Part shown: piece by piece, positions 1 to 8,026 of the stretch
Position numbering within the stretch: the first letter of the stretch is position 1
How the letters are laid out: each line of letters begins with the position of its first letter
Assembly (NCBI GenBank): GCA_964623775.1
Contig: CAZUVH010000001.1
Location: 220,784 to 284,783 of the forward strand
Direction: 5' to 3'
Source of the DNA: an uncultured Candidatus Saccharibacteria bacterium
GTDB taxonomy: Bacteria; Patescibacteriota; Minisyncoccia; Phycocordibacterales; UBA2100
DNA length: 64,000 nt
The notes under the pieces: generated by a model
What the model was told of the DNA's origin: nothing
The model's input: only the letters and a program-made list of their open reading frames with translations
Database searches by the model: none
Made by a program: the position numbers and the translations under genes

Positions 1-206
1 ACGCACTCCTTGAGAATGTCCTTGAACTTCGCGAGGATCTCATGACGCACGATCTTCTGCTTGTGCTGACGCAACTCGGACGGGAGGCGCTCGGTGAGCG
101 TCTCCGCGAGCTTGTCGAGATTGCCGGGCGGCTTCTGCCGACCGATGAGTGAGCGGACCGTGTCGGTCAGCCACTGGTCGAAGTTCGGTTTGCTCTGGGT
201 AGTCAT
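1..206 (-). CDS. hypothetical protein, partial (runs off window start); N-terminus MTTQSKPNFDQWLTD...
   Basis: Minus-strand ATG at 206 has an AAAGGAGGA Shine-Dalgarno 5 nt upstream; frame stays open to position 1; absent from the ORF track because it is truncated; no recognisable family. Confidence 0.45.
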   Translation of the reverse strand, partial: MTTQSKPNFDQWLTDTVRSLIGRQKPPGNLDKLAETLTERLPSELRQHKQKIVRHEILAKFKDILKEC

Positions 207-278
207 AGCGTCCTCCTTTTGAGTGGCGCAGGTGGGATTTCATAGACGGCCGCCATATGCGGCCGTCCGTACTCGGGT

Positions 279-902
279 TTACGCAGAATCTTTCGAGGAA
301 ACCACGCGCAGTTTTGCTTGTGGTTTCTTTTTGTTGGCAAGGCGCTCGAAATGCCTTTTGTCGGCTTGTCGTTCGAAGAAGATGCTTTGCTTCGTTTCGG
401 AAGCGATCGGCTCTTCGAAATTCACGCCGGTCGATGCGCGCGAATGCGCGCACGCATAGAACGCCTTGGGGTGATCCTTGATACCGAGGTGCCTGATGAT
501 GATCGCGTCCATGGCGAGGATCAGGAAGTACCACAGATTGTAGGTACTCGGATCATCGAACCACGGGACACTCGGGCAATACGGCAGGTAACCGAGCAGG
601 AAAAGACTGAGCGCCGCCTTGTGGATGCGCTGCCTGTTGACCTGCATATTCGGGCACTGCTTCGTGCCCGTAATCGGGCCGGCAATATACACGAACACAA
701 AGTATTTCGGGCTCGGCTCGGGAAAACCCTGTTCTCGAAGCCGCTTTTGCAGCCGCTTGAGATAACTGGGAGTGATGCCGAACGGTAATTTCTTTGAATT
801 GCCGACGATTTGTTCGAGCGACAATTTCATCACGCGTTCGATGATCTCACTGGTAGGAAGTTTCGTGAGATCCCCGAGAACATCATTTGTCGGTAACGTC
901 AT
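279..902 (-). CDS. DUF4406-like / nucleoside 2-deoxyribosyltransferase-like fold protein with ~80-aa N-terminal extension
   Basis: 207-aa ORF with AAGGAGG SD 6 nt upstream of the ATG at 902; motif VYIAGPITG...GY.PY.P...MDAIII resembles DUF4406/deoxyribosyltransferase-like proteins; overlapping plus-strand ORFs are Arg-rich and lack an RBS. Confidence 0.4.
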   Translation of the reverse strand: MTLPTNDVLGDLTKLPTSEIIERVMKLSLEQIVGNSKKLPFGITPSYLKRLQKRLREQGFPEPSPKYFVFVYIAGPITGTKQCPNMQVNRQRIHKAALSLFLLGYLPYCPSVPWFDDPSTYNLWYFLILAMDAIIIRHLGIKDHPKAFYACAHSRASTGVNFEEPIASETKQSIFFERQADKRHFERLANKKKPQAKLRVVSSKDSA

Positions 903-1197
903 CGCTACCTCCTTGTTGTTGGTTGATGTGAAGTCAAAGACCTCTTTGGAATTGTTGCAATTAAAAAACGCAGGCTATTCCTGCGTATTGCGACAACTCC
1001 ACTTTCCTGCGTGACATCCTTCGATGTGATGATAACTCTTCGAGACGAAGGTAAGCGCACGCATGCCGTCATTGTGGGATATATGATGAAGACCACAATG
1101 GGGGTTTATCCCCAGCCTTGTACACACCTTATCCACTTTTGCGAGGGATTGACACAGGAAGCTTTCGTTTTGGCGTAAAGTCTGTCATCATGTCGCT

Positions 1198-1710
1198 ATG
1201 AAAGGCCTTGAAAAAGTATCTTCACAAATACCTACGCGCAACACGTCGCTTGAACGTGGAGATGGTAAGCCGCTTCGTTTCGAAGATAAGCGGAGTCCCG
1301 ACTTTCCTTCGGCGTTCGATGCGGAGGCATTTCTACGAGATCTTAGTGTCGCCATGGACGGGAGTAAACTCTTCAAGGCAGGCATAACGAAATATGGTAA
1401 ATATTTTCAGCCCGGTACGGCAGAATCCGATCACTTCACTGAGAGCTTGCGCGATGCACAGGCTATTGCCGTCACGTTAGAAAACTGGAACAGAATGATG
1501 GGAATCACCAATGAAAGTCAGACTGTGGCGACCATTGATGCGATCATTGATAAAGACAATATAAAGAGGACGCAGATGCGATTTAACGAGGACGGCACAT
1601 ATCGGGCCGGGTCACTTACACAAACCCTTGTCGGGGACGAATTGAAAAAATTGCAAAGTGAGATGGAAGAATCCCTTATTTCCAATGATAATGAGTCACG
1701 TAATGTATGA
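1198..1710 (+). CDS. hypothetical protein (170 aa)
   Basis: Its stop overlaps the murA start in an ATGA arrangement at 1707-1710 (translational coupling); no recognisable domain; TAAAGT -10-like box 16 nt upstream. Confidence 0.55.
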   Translation: MKGLEKVSSQIPTRNTSLERGDGKPLRFEDKRSPDFPSAFDAEAFLRDLSVAMDGSKLFKAGITKYGKYFQPGTAESDHFTESLRDAQAIAVTLENWNRMMGITNESQTVATIDAIIDKDNIKRTQMRFNEDGTYRAGSLTQTLVGDELKKLQSEMEESLISNDNESRNV

Positions 1711-3011
1711 ACTATAAAGTGGTGGGCGGTAAATCGCTTTCAGGTAGCGTCGTTACGAATCGTTCAAAGAACGCTGCGGTGGCGCTCCTATGCGCGTCCC
1801 TGCTCAATCGCGGCACGACCACGCTCAAGCGTATGCCGCGCATCGAAGAGGTAAAGCGCCTCATCGAAGTCTTGCTCAGTATCGGAGTACACGTTGAATG
1901 GCAGGAGAGTGGCGATATCGTCATTACGCCGCCGGCGAATCTCGATTTATCCAAAATCAATCAGGAGGCGGCGAGCCGCACGCGATCGATTGCGATGTTT
2001 GTTGCGCCGCTCGCGCACCTTCTCGGCTCATTTGAATTACCTGCTCCCACGGGATGTGATCTCGGGAAGCGCTCGCTTGGTGCGCATATCGATGCGCTGC
2101 AAAAGCTCGGTATCGAAATCACCGGCAACGAAAATGCACATTCGTACCACGTGGAGACGAAAGACGTACATCCGGCGGAGATCATCATGTATGAAGCTTC
2201 TGACACGGGCGTCGAGAACGTCCTCATGGCTGCGGCGAAAATTCCTGGCACGACGACGATCAAATTCGCAAGCGCGAATTACATGGTGCAAGACCTCTGT
2301 GTTTTCTTGCAGCAGTGTGGCGTGAAGATCGATGGGATAGGCACGACGACGCTCGTGGTGACGGGAGTCAAGGATATCAATGCAAATCTGATCGGTATCC
2401 CGAGCGAAGACCCAATCGAATCGATGTTCTTCATCGCACTCGCGGCGACGACCGGCTCAGAAATCACGATTGAGCGTTGCCCGATGGATTTTCTTGAGCT
2501 TGAACTCTATACACTCTCGCAAATGGGCCTGGAATATACACGTGGGGAATCGTATGTCTCTGAAAACGGCCACACGATATTGCGTGACCTTGTGATAAAA
2601 AAATCAAATCTCGTGGGCGCACCGGAAAAGATCGCACCGCGCCCGTATCCGGGTATTAATATCGACAATCTTCCGTTTTTTGTGCCCGTGGCCACGCAGG
2701 CAAGAGGGAAGACCATGATTCACGACTGGGTCTACGATGGCCGCGCGAAGCACTATATGGAAATGGCGAAGCTCGGCGCAAAAATGGAAATGCTTGATCC
2801 GCATCGCGTCGTCATCGAGGGTCCGACCACATTGCATGCTGCGGTGATCGAAGCGCCGCCAGCGCTCCGACCCGCGACACTTCTCCTTATCGGGATGCTC
2901 GCGGCAGAAGGGGAGTCGATGCTCAAAAACGTGTATCCGATCTCCCGCGGCTACGAAAATCTCCACGAGCGCCTCGCCGCACTCGGCGCCTCTGTAGAGG
3001 CAGTGGAGTAG
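1707..3011 (+). CDS. murA: UDP-N-acetylglucosamine 1-carboxyvinyltransferase
   Basis: 434 aa; N-terminal KSLSGSV..SKNAAVALL motif and overall EPSP-synthase-like MurA architecture. Confidence 0.9.
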   Translation: MNYKVVGGKSLSGSVVTNRSKNAAVALLCASLLNRGTTTLKRMPRIEEVKRLIEVLLSIGVHVEWQESGDIVITPPANLDLSKINQEAASRTRSIAMFVAPLAHLLGSFELPAPTGCDLGKRSLGAHIDALQKLGIEITGNENAHSYHVETKDVHPAEIIMYEASDTGVENVLMAAAKIPGTTTIKFASANYMVQDLCVFLQQCGVKIDGIGTTTLVVTGVKDINANLIGIPSEDPIESMFFIALAATTGSEITIERCPMDFLELELYTLSQMGLEYTRGESYVSENGHTILRDLVIKKSNLVGAPEKIAPRPYPGINIDNLPFFVPVATQARGKTMIHDWVYDGRAKHYMEMAKLGAKMEMLDPHRVVIEGPTTLHAAVIEAPPALRPATLLLIGMLAAEGESMLKNVYPISRGYENLHERLAALGASVEAVE

Positions 3012-3343
3012 TGCTACTATTTGTAGATACAAGTTTTAAACTCTATATGGATCAAACAACAAGTCCCGTTTCACCTGCTAGCTCGGAGGTCACCTGGGCC
3101 ATCGCTGCCACTTTTTGGTGGGCGTGGTGCTGGCGCGCAGCGTTAGTAGGAATCGGTGGGGCAATGGCAATAGGCTTCGTATTCGGTTTTGTCGGCGTCA
3201 TACTGGGCGCAGATGTGGTCACGATAACGCTAGTTTCCCAGATCCTAGGGGGTATCCTCGGGATCGTAGTAGGCATATATTTTATAAAATCTCTTCTCAA
3301 TAAGGATTTCAAGACTTTTAAAGTGACTGTAACGCGTAAATAA
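3011..3343 (+). CDS. small hydrophobic membrane protein
   Basis: GTG at 3011 overlaps the murA stop TAG (3009-3011); alternative ATG at 3047; two predicted TM helices (WWAWCWRAALVGIGG..., GILGIVVGIYFI). Confidence 0.45.
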   Translation: MLLFVDTSFKLYMDQTTSPVSPASSEVTWAIAATFWWAWCWRAALVGIGGAMAIGFVFGFVGVILGADVVTITLVSQILGGILGIVVGIYFIKSLLNKDFKTFKVTVTRK

Positions 3344-3475
3344 ATCCCTGCTGATTGGATAAAAAATATGGGGATTGATAAATTCGTACAGTTTGCAAAG
3401 GACAAGGCTAAGGATGTCGTCGATGCACGCAATTTACATCTCAAAGATCCGGCGTTATCAAGTCAGTAAAGTATT

Positions 3476-3883
3476 ATGAGAGCAAATGCAAAGTCAGGTG
3501 GCGTGATGCTTGTGATGATTGGCCCCGTGCTTTCTATGGTCGCCTTCGCCTTCGTCAATCCCCCGATCGGAGGCCTACTTATTTTAATTGGTTTGTTACT
3601 TTGGGCAGCTGGAGTTCTCACGTTGATCTATGTCAAGGCGCGACTCTATGGGATCCGAGGCCTACCCCTTTCATTGGTTTTATTTATCGGTCTCGTTATC
3701 GTCACAATAGCAGATTATATTTCTGGTCTACACGCGCCCAACGACGGCATAAGGGGGCTGGAGCTCATTCCCCTCTTTTTTATCACCTTCATCGCGTTTG
3801 CCTTTTTGAATATCGCGCTTATACGAAATAAGCCAGGTTCTCTTGATGGATTCCTGCAGGCACTTCGGGATTATAAAGATTGA
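3476..3883 (+). CDS. integral membrane protein (4 predicted TM helices)
   Basis: 135-aa hydrophobic ORF; TAAAGT -10-like box 3 nt before the ATG, no SD. Confidence 0.5.
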   Translation: MRANAKSGGVMLVMIGPVLSMVAFAFVNPPIGGLLILIGLLLWAAGVLTLIYVKARLYGIRGLPLSLVLFIGLVIVTIADYISGLHAPNDGIRGLELIPLFFITFIAFAFLNIALIRNKPGSLDGFLQALRDYKD

Positions 3884-3916
3884 CTTGGAAATCCGTGGAG
3901 GCGGTAGAATAACCAC

Positions 3917-4171
3917 ATGAATCAAGCTTGGAAATGGGCGGCCGGAATTCTTGTCGCCATTTTTGTGTTTGGCGGAATGTATTTGAGCGGCTGTGGCGGG
4001 AATATCAATCCGCTTCATTGGACGGTCTCGTGGTACGCGTTTGCGACAGGGCCATCTGAGTATCTTCGCGAATTACATAATCTGTGCTCGTTCAAGCCAG
4101 TTACTCGTGAAGATGTGATGGGCGAGAAAGATCCACCTGCGCCGCTGCCGTCGGTGAATCCGTGGGATTGA
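3917..4171 (+). CDS. small membrane/lipoprotein-like protein
   Basis: 84 aa; N-terminal hydrophobic segment followed by LSGC lipobox-like motif; GGAGG 16 nt upstream. Confidence 0.4.
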   Translation: MNQAWKWAAGILVAIFVFGGMYLSGCGGNINPLHWTVSWYAFATGPSEYLRELHNLCSFKPVTREDVMGEKDPPAPLPSVNPWD

Positions 4172-4232
4172 AACATGTGGCGAGCTTGATTCGATGGAGT
4201 ATAACTGGCAAATCAACTAGAATAGTCACATT

Positions 4233-4314
4233 GGGCATGTGGCGGAATTGGTATACGCGTGCGTCTCAGAAGCGCATCCCGCAAGGGTTGGGAGTTCGAG
4301 TCTCCCCATGCCCA
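4233..4314 (+). tRNA. tRNA-Leu, anticodon CAG, class II with long variable arm
   Basis: Hand fold: acceptor GGGCATG/CATGCCC; D-stem GCG/CGC with loop GAATTGGTATA (G18G19 present); anticodon stem TGCGT/GCGCA, loop CTCAGAA; variable arm TCCCGCAAGGGTT; T-arm GGGAG-TTCGAGT-CTCCC; discriminator A; CCA not encoded. Confidence 0.85.
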
Positions 4315-4315
4315 C
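4297..4315 (+). repeat. 19-bp direct repeat copy 1 (CGAGTCTCCCCATGCCCAC), the 3' end of tRNA-Leu
   Basis: Identical 19-mer recurs at 4454..4472. Confidence 0.8.
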
Positions 4316-4430
4316 TCGCGAAGCGAGTGGCGTTCCGCATGCCTGCGCATGCGGAACTGGGGACGAGAAGGGCGGAGCGATGTCGCAAAAGCTTTTGCGA
4401 CCGCGAGCCGGGGTCGCGGAAATTCCGAGC
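4312..4430 (+). other. four consecutive GC-rich hairpins between tRNA-Leu and its 3'-end duplicate (possible att scar or structured RNA)
   Basis: CCACTCG-cgaag-CGAGTGG; GTTCCGCATGC-ctgc-GCATGCGGAAC (11-bp stem); TCGCAAAAG/CTTTTGCGA 18-bp perfect palindrome; CCGCGAG-ccgggg-TCGCGG; no T-tracts. Confidence 0.4.
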
Positions 4431-4453
4431 GGCGGCGATGAATTATTCGTGAC

Positions 4454-4472
4454 CGAGTCTCCCCATGCCCAC
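4454..4472 (+). repeat. 19-bp direct repeat copy 2 (duplicate of tRNA-Leu 3' end)
   Basis: Exact match to 4297..4315; no upstream tRNA body, so not a second tRNA. Confidence 0.8.
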
Positions 4473-4532
4473 AACAGAAGAGACTCGCCAACCACAACTT
4501 TCGCCGTCTTGGGAAAGGGTTGTTTCGCTTGC

Positions 4533-4540
4533 TGTATAAT
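4533..4540 (+). promoter_or_regulatory. extended -10 promoter element TGTATAAT upstream of the Cache-HAMP gene
   Basis: TGnTATAAT at 4533-4540; weak AAAGGA SD follows; ATG at 4566. Confidence 0.45.
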
Positions 4541-4565
4541 TTAAAAGGACATAGCAAACCCAAAA

Positions 4566-6152
4566 ATGATAAAAAAAATAACCGGGGTTTTTGCCCAAAT
4601 TTTCAACCAAAAAAGTATTAGGACTGAAGTCCTGGCGCTTTTGCTGTGCATTGTCTCAATATCAGTGATTGCCGTTATCTTTTTGGAAGTGAGCTCCATT
4701 TTGATATTGAGGGATAAGGCCCAGGAGACGACTTCTGTCGCCCTGCGCGGGGAGACAGAGAAACTTTTTAATGAACTCACCAAGGCGGCAGCCGAGAAAA
4801 ATGACCTGATTTTCCACGAGATAGCTACTGATGCCAGTAAGGCTGCAAAATACGCTGAAAACATCTTTGAGAACCCCCAAGCCTTTGTGCGGGGTTCCTA
4901 TTGGCGGTATGACGACCAGGTTTTCAGGGGCGACAAAGGGCAATATATGAATGGGGCGGACGATCTCTCTTCGGTTTTCATACCCAATCATGTTGTCATC
5001 ACCGATGATTTGAAAAAAAGAGTGGAATTGAGTGCGTATTTGGAGTTTATCTTTCCAAAAATTCTAGAAAAAAAACCAGATGCAGTAGCGATCTGGATGA
5101 TCGGCCACCAGGGAGAATCGAGATACTATCCTAATATAGGTCTTGGCAACATAGCGCCTCCAGACGAAAAAGTCACCGAAGAGGTTTTTTTCGTAATAGC
5201 TAATCCGGAAAATAACCCGGAGAAAGAAGTTGTTTGGACACCGGTCTATGATGATCCTGCAGGGCAGGGACTAATGATAACTGCCTCGGCGCCGATATAC
5301 ACAAAGCAAAAAGGTTTTATGGGAGTTTTGGGTATTGACGTTACCCTCACAAAAATACTTGAGAACGTTGAGGAATACAGCCCCATAGAGGACGCAGATT
5401 CGTTTATCATTGATGAGCGAGGATACGCCATTGCCCTATCAGACGAAGCGCACCAAGAACTCCTTGGGAGGAGTCCGGAAAAAAAAGAATTCGGCGTAGA
5501 TCTAAATGGAGTTACCAAGGAACTCGACTCAGTCATCAGTGAGATGAAAAAAGGCTCGACGGGCAATAAGACCATAACTTTGTGGGGCAGAGAACAGTAC
5601 ATTTCCTACGCTCCGATGAAGAGCACGAAATTTAGCCTTGGAATGTTCGTAGAAAAATCAGTGATGGAAAAAACAGCTACTGGTCTCGAAAAAGAAATGA
5701 ACAGTTCGGCCTGGGAAATGATTTTTTTCCGTCTCTTTCCCCTTAGTCTACTAATCCTTCTAGTCGCCTGGCTCGTAGTCTATTGGTACATGAACCACCG
5801 AATAACTCAGCCGCTGAGCAGTTTAACGAGGACAGCGGAAGAGTTGTCGGGTGGCAAAATGGAGGTCAGATCGGATATCGTCTCGGAAAATGAAATTGGA
5901 CAACTGGCGAAGGTGTTTAATCAGATGGCCGCGCAGCTCCAAGAGCACTATAGCGGCTTGCAGCAAAAGGTCGAAGAAAGAACAACTGAGGTTGAGAAGA
6001 CCAAAGGCAAAGTAGAGACAGTTAATCAAGAGTTGTTGAAAAAAGTGGAGGAGCTTGATCGAATAAATAAACTGATGATTGACCGGGAACTGAAGATGAT
6101 AGAAATGAAAAAAGAAGTAGAGGCTCTGAGGCAAGCTCAGGGTAAAAATTAA
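4566..6152 (+). CDS. Cache (dCache_1-like) / HAMP domain membrane sensor without recognisable output domain
   Basis: 528 aa; TM1 near the N-terminus, ~330-aa extracytoplasmic domain, TM2 (LFPLSLLILLVAWLVVYWY), canonical HAMP (RITQPLSSLTRTAEELSGG...IGQLAKVFNQMAAQL), then ~70-aa coiled coil; no kinase, MCP signalling or GGDEF domain. Confidence 0.6.
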   Translation: MIKKITGVFAQIFNQKSIRTEVLALLLCIVSISVIAVIFLEVSSILILRDKAQETTSVALRGETEKLFNELTKAAAEKNDLIFHEIATDASKAAKYAENIFENPQAFVRGSYWRYDDQVFRGDKGQYMNGADDLSSVFIPNHVVITDDLKKRVELSAYLEFIFPKILEKKPDAVAIWMIGHQGESRYYPNIGLGNIAPPDEKVTEEVFFVIANPENNPEKEVVWTPVYDDPAGQGLMITASAPIYTKQKGFMGVLGIDVTLTKILENVEEYSPIEDADSFIIDERGYAIALSDEAHQELLGRSPEKKEFGVDLNGVTKELDSVISEMKKGSTGNKTITLWGREQYISYAPMKSTKFSLGMFVEKSVMEKTATGLEKEMNSSAWEMIFFRLFPLSLLILLVAWLVVYWYMNHRITQPLSSLTRTAEELSGGKMEVRSDIVSENEIGQLAKVFNQMAAQLQEHYSGLQQKVEERTTEVEKTKGKVETVNQELLKKVEELDRINKLMIDRELKMIEMKKEVEALRQAQGKN

Positions 6153-6325
6153 AATAGTCATGGCGGCATAGGGAATACCGTACTTGCATACGAAGTATGC
6201 GACAAATTTTGCCACGGGTGCATGGCCAGCTCTTTTGCGGGGCAGACAGGCGCAAATTAATGTGCGATTGACTTTTTTGAAATAAGTGACATAGTAGCGC
6301 AGGACAAATAATGTAGGAGGGTCCG

Positions 6326-6877
6326 GTGGCCCAATCTCAGAGAGTACTCAGACGTGCAGGCAGGGTCCTGATGGTTGCCCTCGTCGTGCTGCTGGTCCTG
6401 GTGGAGGACATTCTCCGCTTTGCCGGCTTTGTCGTCCGTAAAATTCTCCCTGCCGACTTCGAGGAATACCTGCGAAGTAAGTCGAATGCTTTTGCATTCG
6501 GCGTCGTCGGAGTCGCGGCGGTCGTCTACGTCATCATCCACGCGGTTGAATACGACGCATTTTGGGCCGGATTTTATTGGACCGGTATCTCTCTCATGAT
6601 CTTCTCGAAGATCTATACCGTATCGGTACTTGGCTATCTCTGTCGCGTCTACTCCGATCGGCTGCTAGCCGTCTCGTGGATCAAGCGGACGTGGAATCTG
6701 TACCTTTCGGCGAAACAGTGGCTGAAGAGTTTTCAGTGGTACAAAATCGCTCATGCATTCGTCGTGCGCGTCAAAGAGGGGATGAAAGCGATGATCAGGA
6801 GATTCCGCGAGCGATTCCAGGGGAACTCTATGTTTGCGGTCGCCTGGCGGATCATCCGTATGCGCCGCCGTTCTTGA
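6326..6877 (+). CDS. hypothetical membrane protein
   Basis: GTG start with GGAGG SD 5 nt upstream; 3-4 predicted TM helices; followed by terminator. Confidence 0.55.
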   Translation: MAQSQRVLRRAGRVLMVALVVLLVLVEDILRFAGFVVRKILPADFEEYLRSKSNAFAFGVVGVAAVVYVIIHAVEYDAFWAGFYWTGISLMIFSKIYTVSVLGYLCRVYSDRLLAVSWIKRTWNLYLSAKQWLKSFQWYKIAHAFVVRVKEGMKAMIRRFRERFQGNSMFAVAWRIIRMRRRS

Positions 6878-6884
6878 TACAAAT

Positions 6885-6912
6885 GCCCTCCGTTTCGGAG
6901 GGCATTATATTT
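6885..6912 (+). terminator. rho-independent terminator
   Basis: GCCCTCCG-ttt-CGGAGGGC stem followed by ATTATATTT. Confidence 0.7.
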
Positions 6913-6939
6913 GACATGAATGTAATTTACATGTACAAT
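6911..6939 (+). promoter_or_regulatory. sigma70-type promoter
   Basis: TTGACA (6911-6916), 17-nt spacer, TACAAT (6934-6939); drives the 6988 gene. Confidence 0.65.
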
Positions 6940-6987
6940 ATTTAAAGTCATTCCGGCCATGAGGCCCAGAAAGCAGAGGAGAGTGCA

Positions 6988-7434
6988 ATGGAGACCAAGC
7001 GTTATACCTTTTCTGTCGGCAACGAAGTCAAGTTCACGGCGGCCGTAAAGGCCATCTTCAGCAACGACGCGGCGCATGAGGGCGACCACATCATCGTCGA
7101 GATTCGCGCCGTCCCACGTACCGAGAACGATCCCTTCTCGCCCAACTACATGGGCGCACAAGAGGGACAGGATGCCGTCGGCCACCATCAGCAGGTGCGC
7201 TTCGAAGGGCACGACAACTGGGTCAGCGGCGCATTGCTCGAGCCCACGCACGAGTGGAATTCGTTCGATCAGGCGATGTTCGCTCAAGGCCTCGATCAAT
7301 TCTTCGACGGACTTTTCGATGCTGCGAGGAAGGGCGACATCTCGTATCAAGAGATCGAGCAACGGTTCTTCCCCCCGGACATGCGATCTCGGGCCCGCGC
7401 AGCTGCCGAAGAACAGTTGGCCCTTGACCTCTGA
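6988..7434 (+). CDS. hypothetical protein (148 aa, acidic)
   Basis: GAGGAGAG SD upstream; consensus promoter upstream and terminator downstream; opposite-strand ORF 6751..7362 is Arg/Leu-rich antisense. Confidence 0.6.
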   Translation: METKRYTFSVGNEVKFTAAVKAIFSNDAAHEGDHIIVEIRAVPRTENDPFSPNYMGAQEGQDAVGHHQQVRFEGHDNWVSGALLEPTHEWNSFDQAMFAQGLDQFFDGLFDAARKGDISYQEIEQRFFPPDMRSRARAAAEEQLALDL

Positions 7435-7457
7435 ATCGTCGGCATATTCCTAAGTTC

Positions 7458-7489
7458 ACCGCCTCCTACTCGGGGGCGGTTCTTTTTTG
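7458..7489 (+). terminator. rho-independent terminator
   Basis: ACCGCCTCC-tact-CGGGGGCGGT hairpin followed by TCTTTTTTG. Confidence 0.7.
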
Positions 7490-7505
7490 TATCCCCGCAG
7501 CAGCT

Positions 7506-7534
7506 TTGACACCATTTTGGCGCGCGCCATACTT
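7506..7534 (+). promoter_or_regulatory. sigma70-type promoter placed for a leaderless transcript
   Basis: TTGACA (7506-7511), 17-nt spacer, ATACTT (7529-7534), 7 nt, ATG 7542; the TTG start in the ORF track is actually this -35 box. Confidence 0.55.
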
Positions 7535-7541
7535 TGGGGAT

Positions 7542-7982
7542 ATGACACATCATTATTTGCATGCAGATAAATTAGAAAAGTATAGTTTCTTGTGGTCGGA
7601 GGCTCGATTAATCATTGCAGCCGCGGCTCTCCTCATGGGAGGAGTACCGCCGCTCTTTTTGATCCTTCCCGCGTCGGCTTTCAGCGCGATGCTCCTCAAA
7701 GTGTGCTGGCTGATCTCGGGTGCGGCAGCCGTTTACCTCGCATACCGCTGGCACATGGCCAAGTACACGCTCTTGGGCAGGAAGGATTCGACGGACATGA
7801 CGGCATTCCTCGTCATGATCCTGTCTGGTATCAACCTCGGATGGACGGGCGTCTCTGGCAACAATTTCGGTATGTCGATTTGGTCCGGCCGATTCATTTT
7901 CATCGTGGTCGGCATTCTCTACCTCTGGGCAGCGTACTACCTCTGGAATAGATGGAACAAGGCTGGTAAGCGCCTCTTCTAA
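7542..7982 (+). CDS. membrane protein (4 predicted TM helices)
   Basis: ATG 7 nt downstream of the -10 box; hydrophobic 146-aa product; strong terminator downstream. Confidence 0.55.
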   Translation: MTHHYLHADKLEKYSFLWSEARLIIAAAALLMGGVPPLFLILPASAFSAMLLKVCWLISGAAAVYLAYRWHMAKYTLLGRKDSTDMTAFLVMILSGINLGWTGVSGNNFGMSIWSGRFIFIVVGILYLWAAYYLWNRWNKAGKRLF

Positions 7983-8000
7983 CCGTTCATAAAGAAAAAC

Positions 8001-8023
8001 TGCCCGAAGTCGGGCAGTTTTTG
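8001..8023. terminator. bidirectional rho-independent terminator
   Basis: CTGCCCGA-ag-TCGGGCAG flanked by an A-tract upstream and TTTTT downstream; sits between convergent genes. Confidence 0.75.
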
Positions 8024-8026
8024 TAA

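Noticed and set aside
40-534. 164-aa minus-strand ORF and overlapping plus-strand ORFs (223..459, 257..481, 318..788)
   Set aside because: Arg/His-rich composition with no RBS; they overlap two better-supported SD-preceded minus-strand genes (1..206 and 279..902)
4162-4563. Several 60-116 aa ORFs on both strands across the tRNA-Leu / hairpin region
   Set aside because: They overlap a confidently folded tRNA and GC palindromes; the open frames are a by-product of the hairpin symmetry
6751-7362. 203-aa minus-strand ORF
   Set aside because: Antisense to the promoter- and terminator-bracketed plus-strand gene 6988..7434; Leu/Arg-rich
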